A stretch of DNA of 64,000 bases from Basidiobolus meristosporus CBS 931.73 (lineage: Eukaryota; Fungi; Basidiobolomycota). A program made the position numbers and the translations under genes. Every line of letters begins with the position of its first letter. The stretch's first letter is position 1. The notes under the pieces were generated by a model. It was not told where the DNA came from. It was given only the letters and a program-made list of their open reading frames with translations, and did not search any database. Below, in pieces: positions 49,601 through 58,940 of the stretch. The stretch lies in contig MCFE01000441.1 of NCBI GenBank assembly GCA_002104905.1, positions 10,243 through 74,242 of the forward strand. The letters run 5' to 3'.

Positions 49601-51733
49601 TCTTATGGGAGCAAAGATCCACATGACAGCCTATGTTGGAACCCGCCACGTATACTGTTTTGACCTCGTTACCATCAGGGAAGAAGCATCTATTGGTCTG
49701 AATGCGTATCTAAACGGATACAAGGTTGAGAATGGATGGCTTATCATTGGAGCGGGAAACATCGTAGGCGCTGGTGCACGGGTTGGAAATAAGTCGCATT
49801 TGGGGCTGAATGCAGAACTCCAAGATGGGGCTAGCCTTGATGACTTATCGGTTCTCCAAGATGATCAACAAATCCCAACGAACGAAAGGTGGGCGGGGTC
49901 GCCGGCAAAGTTGGTAGAGCACACAAATGTCAGGGATAAAGAAGACTCCACATCTCAGTTGACTATCTGGATATTTTGCCTGTTGCATTTCATTGCCGCC
50001 ATATTTGTAAACATCGCCTTTGGATTGTTGGCGTCACTCACAGGTAGGTGAATTCCGAAGTTGGTTATTTATGCCATGTCTCACAAAGCTTTGAATAGGG
50101 ATCGTCGTGTTGGAAGCCATACCCGTCTTGCTGCCAACTTTCAATCCATATATTACAGTCATTTTGGCCACTCCGTTTGTTTCAATAATTGCCATGACTC
50201 TTTTCTGTCTTGGGGTAGTCTTGCTGAAGTTAATGATTCTTCCCAAGATATCTCCTGGAGAGTATACACTGAGGGGCTTATTTTACTTACGTAAATGGTA
50301 GACTGTCACTATCAAGTATAGCCTCGATCATATTCTCACACCTTTAGTGCTCTAGGTGCTTAGACATATTGATGCAGATCTCGCTTGAAATGACCAACTC
50401 AATCTATGGAACCCTATATGCACCTCACTGGCTTCGCGCCCTAGGTGCAAAAATCGGGAAAGCCTCTGAGGTTTCCACTATTACATATATATCCCCAGAC
50501 CTTCTGAGAATAGGAGACGGGTGTTTCCTCGCGGATTCTGTGATAGTTGGCCCCCCATATGTTCGCCATGGGAAACTATCTCTTGACTATGCGACAGTAG
50601 AGGAGCGCTCTTTCGTTGGAAATGGCGCACTTTTCCCTGCGGGGGTAACAATGGGTAGGTTAGATTATTTTATGAAACTGGATGATCATTAACGTGGTTC
50701 AGGTAAGGATTGCCTCCTTGGAGTACTCTCAACACCAGGCCACGACAAGAGATCTTTGGAAGGAAACAGCTCCTGGCTTGGGTCCCCATCCATGTATCTC
50801 CCCAATCGACAAGCAGCTACCAAAAATTGGCCGAAAGAGCGTACCTATGCTCCTTCAAATAGTCTATACATAGTTCGCTATTTAATGGAACTCTGGCGAG
50901 TCTTCTTGCCCAATATGGTCAATATCACGGCTTTCGTCATTGTGGTAATGATATTGGAGCTACTTTACGAGCGAACATCCAGTCGAAAGATTCTTTCCGT
51001 TGCAGATGAATTTATGTTGAGCAATGGTCTTTTCACCAACTTATCTCAAGGAGGTCTAATTGCCTCGTTTCTACCAATCTTTCTGATAGTCAATAGTGTT
51101 GTGGCTGCGGGTGCTTGTGGGTTCGTCCTGATCATGAAATGGATACTAATAGGCACTTATGCGAAGCGCGAAGTGCCATTGTGGAGTTCTTTCGTGTGGA
51201 GGTTGGTAATCATCCAGGATTCCCGATAACGTGCTCTCCGTTACTAAAATTCAATTAGGACAGAGCTAATAACAGCTCTACAAGAAGGAATAGCCAATAG
51301 GCAGTTACTTCAAAATTTGCGTGGTACTCCGTTAGTGTGCTTTTGGTTTAGAATGCTAGGAAGTCAGATAGGTGACCGCGTATGGATGGACACTTTACAA
51401 ATCACTGAGGCTGACCTGATTCACATCGATGATGATGTCTGTATTGGTGAAGATACGATACTACAGGTAGATTCCATATTTGCGTTAAGTGCATTGGCCC
51501 AAGATTTAAACAACCGCCATTTCTTGCAGACACATCTTTTTGAAGACCGAATCATGAAGATGGATAGCTTGAAGATTGGTTGCCGTTCTAATGTTGGCTC
51601 ATCCTCAGTAATCTTGTATGGGTCTACTTTAGAGGAAGGTGTTTCGATTGGAGCTCTTTCTTTAGTAATGAAGGGCGAAAGATTACCATCCCATACTGGG
51701 TGGAATGGAATCCCTCTGAGCAATAACTGCTAA
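46643..51733 (+). CDS. Pls (epsilon-poly-L-lysine synthetase)-like single-module NRPS: partial C remnant, A, T, membrane segments with three beta-helix terminal repeats; about 9 introns
   Basis: A motifs YMIYTSGTTGRPKG, FDASIEEIW, NSYGPTETT, YKTGDL, GRIDTQVKLRGFRIEL, SGKIDR. T motif DNFFDLGGHS (Ser 49038-49040). Three terminal repeats KWILIGRY...WPLW / GAKIG / GTPL...LGSQIG / QTHLFEDRIMK. The frame is kept across all traced introns. Confidence 0.88.
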
Positions 51734-52479
51734 GGGTTTTCGTGTTATATAAGGCTCCACATGAATCGCTAGGCATTAATTCGGGTGGTGGTACTATTCG
51801 CATTCAAGTGATTATGGTCAAACCATTATGTAAGGCTGGAAATTTATGAACCATCACTTTATGTCTGGATCGGAAGGACTGTAGTTACATCGAGGAGTTC
51901 GATGAACATAAGCCTCGCAATAGGCCTTCTTTACTTACCGGCTATACACTACCTGATCAACCATTTCCATTTGAAAGCTATATTGGATGGATTCAGCCTA
52001 ATCCCGAATTATGGAGCCCATAAAAATAAACACAAGTCTGTTCAGCCTGGTAGCTGGAACCACCTGAAGGTATTATATAGGCAATACACAAATGCCAAAT
52101 ATGGAGAAATGGTCATTCGTTTTCTAGCTTTAGTATCGAAAATCCCATTTTGACCACTTAGGGGTTAGGTAGAATTACATCATCAGAATATAGTAATCCA
52201 ATGGTATTGTGGTGAAGCAGTTACTGAGGCTACTAAACTTGAGAAATCAAAGTGTTAAGTTGCTTTGTGAATTTATATATACCAGTCCTGTTTGTGGTAT
52301 TCGTGCCTTGTATTGTTGAAAGCTTTATGTCTTGAACTTCTTTATAGATGTTACTCAGTTAAATAATAAGTCACATTAATATTGATATCAAAGTTTTATA
52401 CATATCCGTAGCTCCGAAATTGTACTCTATCTACTCATTTGATTATGCTAGCAATGTTGAGACCAGTGACTACGATATG

Positions 52480-52817
52480 AATGAATAAAAATCAGGTATT
52501 AAGTGCCAGCTTGAACCGCTACGCCAGCAACCCGCTTTCCTTGAGCAAATATGCGTTCGCGGAGTTTATCATCATAGACACTCACAGTGACGGAAAAGAC
52601 AGTGTAAGCACCTCGGAGAGCATTTTGGATCCGCGTCTGCTTCTTCCACCTGAGCACCCTTAGAAGCGAGGACTTATGCGACTGGCTTGGAGGCATTACG
52701 AGCAATGGCTCAGACTTTTAACTGGTGAGACAGGTTGGGGTCCATGAGTACATAGTCAACGACAGATACGCCTTGCAGGCTGGTGGCACCAAAGACAACG
52801 AGGATGTTCTGAGACAT
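52480..52817 (-). pseudogene. NmrA-like NAD(P)-binding protein pseudogene fragment
   Basis: MSQNILVVFGATSLQGVSVVDYVL...KV*AIARN...VA*VLASKGAQVEEAD, then a frameshift into ALRGAYTVFSVT...QGKRVAGVAVQAG; two in-frame stops. Confidence 0.82.
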
Positions 52818-53308
52818 GATTGGAATGTAGTTGCTGTTGTTTACGGAGTGGGAAGAAGTAGAATTGTCATATATTGCAGCCGATGTGCGGTTAAAGGAAA
52901 TCTCGAGTTACTGTGTAAAACAAGCCCTTTTCTGTGCTTGTTACCAGTGAAATTGTCCGTGCTTGTTACTAGTGAAAACAAGCAGGGTTAGGTTAAGCAA
53001 GGATGACTATCTCTACCATTGATACGGATTATCCAGCAGCAGAGTTTTTCCACTGCCTTGATCTGCCACTGACGGTTAACTCTAGCTTGACACACGCTAC
53101 CGCTTCAGCTGCATGTAAATCACAAGTCCTATTGATTATCCAATACTTAGTGATGATTGGTGGAATGATCGAGGAACAAGCTAGAATTTATGAGAAAAAT
53201 CCCGAATTTCAGTTTAATATAAAAGCTCGCTAGCTCCGAACTGGTTCGACATTCAACACATTCTAATACCATATACTATTACATCTATTCTTAATCACAT
53301 AAATCACC

Positions 53309-55249
53309 ATGTCTAAAGCTGTCGGAATTGATTTGGGAACCACCTACTCCTGCGTTGGTGTCTGGCAAAACGATCGTGTAGAGATTATTGCCAACGACCA
53401 GGGTAACAGAACCACTCCCTCCTATGTTGCTTTCACAGACTCTGAGCGTCTCATCGGTGATGCCGCCAAGAACCAAGTTGCCATGAACCCCACCAACAGT
53501 GTGTTCGATGCCAAGCGCCTCATTGGTCGTCGTTTCAACGACTCCGAGGTCCAATCCGATATGAAGCACTGGCCTTTCAAGGTTGTTGAGAAGGACTCCA
53601 AGCCCCTGATCCAAGTTGAATACAAGGGTGAGAGCAAGACCTTCACTCCTGAAGAAATTTCCTCCATGATCTTGTTAAAGATGAGAGAGACCGCTGAGGC
53701 CTATCTCGGTGGTGAGGTGAAGAGCGCCGTTATCACCGTTCCTGCCTACTTCAACGACTCTCAGCGCCAAGCTACTAAGGATGCCGGAGCTATTGCTGGT
53801 ATGAATGTTCTTCGTATCATCAACGAGCCTACCGCCGCCGCCATTGCCTACGGTCTTGACCAAAAGACCAGTGGTGAGAAGAATGTCCTCATTTTCGATC
53901 TCGGAGGAGGTACCTTCGATGTCTCCCTCTTGACCATTGAGGATGGTATCTTCGAAGTCAAGGCCACTGCTGGTGATACTCACTTGGGTGGTGAAGATTT
54001 CGATAATCGTCTTGTCAACCACTTTGTCCAAGAGTTCAAGCGTAAGAACAAGAAGGACTTGTCCAGCAATGCTCGCGCCCTTCGTCGTCTCAGAACTGCA
54101 TGTGAGCGTGCTAAGAGAACCCTTTCATCTGCTGCTCAAACCTCCATTGAGATTGACTCCTTGTTCGAGGGGATTGACTTCTACACCTCCTTGACTCGTG
54201 CCAGATTCGAGGAACTCTGCCAAGACTTGTTCCGTTCCACCATGGACCCTGTCGAGAAGGTTCTTCGTGACTCCAAAATTGACAAATCCAATGTCCACGA
54301 GATTGTCCTTGTTGGAGGATCCACCCGTATCCCCAAGATCCAGAAACTCGTCTCTGATTACTTCAACGGCAAGGAGCCCAACAAATCCATCAACCCTGAT
54401 GAGGCTGTTGCCTATGGTGCCGCTGTCCAAGCTGCTATCTTGTCTGGAGATACCTCTGAGAAGACTCAAGACTTGCTTTTGCTCGATGTTGCTCCTCTCT
54501 CCTTGGGTATTGAGACAGCGGGAGGAGTGATGACTCCCTTGATCAAGAGAAACACCACCGTCCCTACTAAGAAGTCCGAGACCTTCTCTACCTATGCCGA
54601 TAACCAGCCGGGAGTGTTGATTCAGGTCTTTGAAGGTGAGCGTGCCCGTACCAAGGACAACAATATCCTTGGCAAATTCGAGCTTACCGGTATCCCACCT
54701 GCTCCTCGTGGAGTTCCTCAAATCGAGGTTACCTTTGATGTTGATGCCAACGGTATCTTAAACGTGTCTGCTTTGGACAAGACCACCGGTCGCTCAAACA
54801 AGATCACCATTACCAATGATAAGGGGCGTCTCTCCAAGGAGGATATCGAGCGCATGGTGTCTGAGGCCGAGAAGTACAAGGCTGAGGATGAAGCCGCTGC
54901 CTCTCGTATTTCAGCCAAGAACGGACTTGAGTCCTATGCCTATTCTCTCCGCAACACCATTCAAGACGAGAAGGTTGCAGGGCAATTGGAGGTTGATGAC
55001 AAGAAGAAGCTTGAGGAAGCCATCAACAACACCATCAGCTGGTTGGACAACAGCCAAGAAGCCTCTAAGGAGGAATACGAAGACAAGCAAAAGGAGTTGG
55101 AAGGTGTTGCCAACCCCATCATGACCAAGATGTACCAAGCTGCTGGTGGTGCTCCAGGTGCTGCTCCAGGAGGGTTCCCTGGAGGTGCCGCCCCTGGTGG
55201 ATTCCCTGGTGCCGATAGCGGTGAACCAACTGTTGAAGAGTTAGATTAA
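53309..55249 (+). CDS. HSP70: Cytosolic Hsp70 (Ssa type), intronless
   Basis: [38 protein letters not shown] repeats; ends PTVEELD. Confidence 0.99.
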   Translation: MSKAVGIDLGTTYSCVGVWQNDRVEIIANDQGNRTTPSYVAFTDSERLIGDAAKNQVAMNPTNSVFDAKRLIGRRFNDSEVQSDMKHWPFKVVEKDSKPLIQVEYKGESKTFTPEEISSMILLKMRETAEAYLGGEVKSAVITVPAYFNDSQRQATKDAGAIAGMNVLRIINEPTAAAIAYGLDQKTSGEKNVLIFDLGGGTFDVSLLTIEDGIFEVKATAGDTHLGGEDFDNRLVNHFVQEFKRKNKKDLSSNARALRRLRTACERAKRTLSSAAQTSIEIDSLFEGIDFYTSLTRARFEELCQDLFRSTMDPVEKVLRDSKIDKSNVHEIVLVGGSTRIPKIQKLVSDYFNGKEPNKSINPDEAVAYGAAVQAAILSGDTSEKTQDLLLLDVAPLSLGIETAGGVMTPLIKRNTTVPTKKSETFSTYADNQPGVLIQVFEGERARTKDNNILGKFELTGIPPAPRGVPQIEVTFDVDANGILNVSALDKTTGRSNKITITNDKGRLSKEDIERMVSEAEKYKAEDEAAASRISAKNGLESYAYSLRNTIQDEKVAGQLEVDDKKKLEEAINNTISWLDNSQEASKEEYEDKQKELEGVANPIMTKMYQAAGGAPGAAPGGFPGGAAPGGFPGADSGEPTVEELD

Positions 55250-56149
55250 ATAGCGAATTGAGAACACTATATTCATGTATTTAACAATGTACACTAATTA
55301 TAAATCTGTGATTATTTCATGTAGTCTTAGCCTTGCATCTTAGAATAAATGAATGTTTTAAGAAAACATTGAGATATTTTAGGTGTATTATCAATGAATA
55401 GATCCGAGGAGTTCTATTTTAATGCATATTGGCAGGTATAGATAACGAATATTGCAACAAGACTTTCAAACTAGCAATGTGTTATCAGGCAAGAATCGAA
55501 GGTTAATCATAATTTTGGGCGAGAAATATTCGGAGACTGAGGTGCTAATGGGCTTGCAAAACTGCAAGTCTACCACTGCACCACCGATAGTCCTACTGAG
55601 TTATTAGTGAAGTTCTGCCAATCATGTTGATAATAAAACTGAATGCCACTAAATATTAGAATGAAATCTGCGAAAGTAAGTCGGGCTATACTAACAATAA
55701 TAATAATGCCTAATATCTATATTGTGATACATCAAGTACTGATTGTCATGTGCATTCTTATGCCGGAGTCCTTATTTCAAGTGAAATATAGAAGCCAGTG
55801 TTAGTTTTGTAGCCAACATATAAGGGCTTGAAGCTGGGGGGAGTTGGTATGTATTGTTGTATCCAAGAGAAAAGTGTAATAAAACTCTTGGATGAGTTAG
55901 CTGAACCCAAGTGACAACTAAGTGCAGAATCTTAAATTGTCAAGAGTGACAGAAATATTAGCAGTGAGGTTCTGGTCTAATATTGGTCTTGTATATACTT
56001 GAGTTGGGCTATAAAGGTGACAGAGTTGGTTTGCTATGCAAGCTAGGGTTGGTGCTCTTGGGAGTGCTAGATATGCTAGGCTTGGGTGGAAACTAGAACA
56101 GAATTGTCAAATTCTTAATTTTGCTGAGGCACAATCTTAATTTTGTTGA

Positions 56150-56685
56150 GACACATTAAACCAAAAGGTTCAGTAATCTTTATTTATATTTTTCTGATCA
56201 AGTTGAATTAGTAAGTGCCAGGAGACTGGACTAATTGAAATCTGTTGGGGTGTTGATAGGTGCATAAGATAAATGAAAAATTGCATCATTAATCAGCTGA
56301 TGTTGTGGCAACTACTAAGTGGTTGGATAGATCTCAGATGACTAATTCTTTGTAAAGGCTTAGCAGATCAGTTGAGGATGTAATGATCACATGAAAATTG
56401 ATCAGGCGTGACAGCTAAAAATAGCTTCTGCAAAGTGATAAAATAAACCATAACAGGAATCAGTTATATTTGGGTTAGGGAAAATCAGTTAGGGTACTAG
56501 ATTTTCTAACAGAGTGAAATTGGCTAAGTTTTAAATGTTGATGCACAACATCATTTCCTCCTGGGAGAGGAGTTTTCTGATACCCTCTGGGTTCCCCTGT
56601 GGCTCCAATACTGATCAATGATGGCAACATCATCAAAGTTGGTGTAGGTTCCCTGGTGTTGTGTTTGGAATCATAACCTTTCCAC
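56150..56685 (-). mobile_element. Candidate non-autonomous unit 0 of the retroelement array
   Basis: Starts after the CCCCCCTAA junction (56686-56694). Ends in AAATAAAGATT plus a variant AACC-TTTT-GGTT hairpin (56159-56184). About 535 bp, CpG-poor, no convincing ORF. Confidence 0.45.
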
Positions 56686-56694
56686 TTAGGGGGG

Positions 56695-57431
56695 AGACAG
56701 TCACCAACAGGTGAAATCTTTATTTCAGTTGAAACAAAGAAGCCAGCGCTACTGTTGTAGCTTTGATACAAGAGTGTGTAGCTGAGGGGAATTTGTAGGT
56801 AAGTTAATAAGAAGTGATGATAGTTCTTCAGTGCTCAAGACACTGTTCAGTGGGAAGGGGGGTAGCAAGAGAGGTAAGAATGACTTGTGAACAACATTAA
56901 TGAGGGGAATGTGATAAGGATTGATATTCATCATAAAGGGAGTGTGCTGCTGCAGATATTGCTGCCAAAGGTCTGTCAAGCACTTCAGGTAGGCCAGCTT
57001 GGGTTTTTCTGACTGCAGAATAAATTCAGCAAACTTCTTGACTTCAGGATCTCCAAGCATAGTTCTCCAGCAGGAGCCAGGAGTTGTGTGGTGTGTTCTC
57101 TTCCAGGCCTTAATCAGTGGGTTGTTGCAGTTGTGAAGTCTGAGGTATAATCTGGTTCTAAGGTAGAGAAGTCTGATCTTATAGGGCATAAACCCAAAAG
57201 CACCAAGAACAGCATGTCTGTAGGGGCATTCAGGCAAATGAGGCACCAAGGTGGTAATGCACCATACTGCAAACTTGTCAAGCTTAGTGCAGTTGCTAGA
57301 AGTAAGAGAGAGAAGTGGTAAGCCAAATTCCAGGACAGGGAAGACAAACTGCTTGAGTAGAAGGAGGCAGCTGGGAGCTGAAGTTGTAGGAGGAGTAACA
57401 GCCAACAGCTTGTGGAGTGCCTGTCTTAGAG
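56695..57431 (-). mobile_element. 5'-truncated copy (unit A) of the APE-RT LINE
   Basis: Near-identical to the 3' ~735 bp of units B and C, including the 3' hairpin at 56701-56714. Confidence 0.93.
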
Positions 57432-57439
57432 TTAGGGGG

Positions 57440-57958
57440 AGGAAAGTCACCAAGTGGTGAAATCTTTATTTACTTATGACAAGTATCTAAAGAAGCCAAG
57501 TTAATCTGAAGTTATTCCTAGAAAGCTAGGTCTGAGAGATATCTTCCTGGTAAGCCAGGTCTGAGAGTTGAGAGGCTGAGTGGTACTATATTTCCTAGTT
57601 AGCTAGGTCTGAGAGAGGTTTCCTGGAAAGCCAGGCCTGAGAAGTGCAAATCTGAATATATCTGAGCTAAGTTATACTGGTTTGCGGTAGCTGAATTGTG
57701 GCCGGAATGGCCAGTAGACTGGGGAAACTGAGAGGAATTTCTGGGCAATCACTGGCCAAATTTACTAGGCAAATCTGGCCAATTAGCATTTCAAGGATCT
57801 CAGCCAATCAGAGCCTTTACTTTGCCCGATGGTTGATCAAGCCATCTCCCAATGAGCACACATCAATTTATTAATCAAATTTTGCTGGATCCAGGATTTG
57901 AACCCACAACCATGGGTATGGAAGGGTTAGGGATAACCACAAGGCTAAGTGTTCTTGG
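57440..57958 (-). mobile_element. tRNA-derived SINE-like element with LINE-type 3' end
   Basis: A-box TAGCCTTGTGG (57947-57937) and B-box GGTTCAAATCC (57904-57894) at tRNA spacing; internal duplicated block (~57515-57645); 3' AAATAAAGATTTCACC-ACTT-GGTGA. Confidence 0.78.
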
Positions 57959-57968
57959 TTAGGGGGGG

Positions 57969-58931
57969 ATGATAATCACCACAGGGTGAAATCTTTATTT
58001 AAATCATAAATAAAGAAGCCAAATTTGAACATGAATATTTGAGATGCAGTAAGCCTACAAGATAAACTTGGACTTTGCTGTATCCCAAATATCCTCAATA
58101 CTGAAGTCAAGTGGAGAATGTAGCAAAACTGCCTGTTCACTGTAGTATTTCTTGAGGAAGTTTGTGACTTGAAGGGAAGGAGAGTTTTTCAACAAGCTGG
58201 TAAACCTTTTGAGGAGTTCTTTTTCCAGAGAGAATGGGACAAAGAGTGGAATGTCCAAATGATGTCTGAATATATGTTCTGAGAGCTCCCAATCCAGCAT
58301 ATTTTTGACTTCTTCTGTAAAATCTTCAACAATATCTTTGTCAAGAATTACTTCCAAGAGATCCCTAGCAATGTACTGAATGTTAATAATCTTAGGCATA
58401 TGAATACCTAGGTCCTTGAGGTAGTTTCTTTGTTCTGAAATTGGGAGATAGCCAGCATTTCTGAAATAGCAAACAGCCCAATTGGCAGTGGGAGGAGTAT
58501 CAGGGCTGACAGGGAATCTTCTTCTGGCTTTAGGGTGCACTGGCTTAGGTGACTGTCTTATTGAAAGGGTAGCTGGCTTTGGATGAGCTTGAAGTGCTTG
58601 GGAGTATGTATGAGTATGAATAATAGGAGTTGCTGGTTGCTGACAGTAGTCAGATTGACTGGAAGAAGAGCTGGTTGAGGGGTTGCAAGGTAAGGAAGAA
58701 GCTGAGAGAGAAGTAGAGAGTGCTGGGTGAAGTTCAGAGAGAGTTTTGAAAAGAACCTGGATCTGAGATTTCAACATTGAGTTTTCAACTTCAAGAAGAG
58801 AAACTCTTTGTTCAAGGTAAGAAGTCTGTAAAGAGTGAAAGTTGGGTAAAGACATGGAAGGAGTAGATAATAAGAAGAAAGGAGTAGTTGGGGTGGGAGG
58901 GTGGGAAAATAGTTAAGAAGAAAAGAGAGGG
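57969..58931 (-). mobile_element. ORF1-only retroelement unit
   Basis: Bounded by TTAG(n) junctions; pyrimidine-rich 5' UTR, a single 266-aa ORF, then AAATAAAGATTTCACC-CTGT-GGTGA. Confidence 0.75.
58055..58855 (-). CDS. LINE ORF1-like protein (coiled coil, Pro/Ser linker, putative RRM-like domain)
   Basis: LEQRVSLLEVENSMLKSQIQVL heptads; TYSQAL; PISEQRNYLKDLGI..KIINIQYI..LLEVIL resembles ORF1 proteins of early-diverging-fungal LINEs (from memory, not searched). Confidence 0.65.
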   Translation of the reverse strand: MSLPNFHSLQTSYLEQRVSLLEVENSMLKSQIQVLFKTLSELHPALSTSLSASSLPCNPSTSSSSSQSDYCQQPATPIIHTHTYSQALQAHPKPATLSIRQSPKPVHPKARRRFPVSPDTPPTANWAVCYFRNAGYLPISEQRNYLKDLGIHMPKIINIQYIARDLLEVILDKDIVEDFTEEVKNMLDWELSEHIFRHHLDIPLFVPFSLEKELLKRFTSLLKNSPSLQVTNFLKKYYSEQAVLLHSPLDFSIEDIWDTAKSKFIL

Positions 58932-58940
58932 TTAGGGGGG

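Noticed and set aside
51902-52153. 83-aa ORF after the Pls-like gene as a cluster member
   Set aside because: No recognisable domain, AT-rich context and no supporting splice structure.
53291-55138. Long antisense ORFs over HSP70
   Set aside because: A well-known by-product of biased codon usage in hsp70 genes; no independent motifs.
56475-56771. 98-aa minus-strand ORF crossing the unit A / unit 0 junction
   Set aside because: It spans an insertion junction, starts within the LINE ORF2 3' end and has no motifs; incidental.
57880-57955. Functional tRNA gene
   Set aside because: The A and B boxes are present, but the acceptor, anticodon and T stems do not pair properly; treated as a SINE head.
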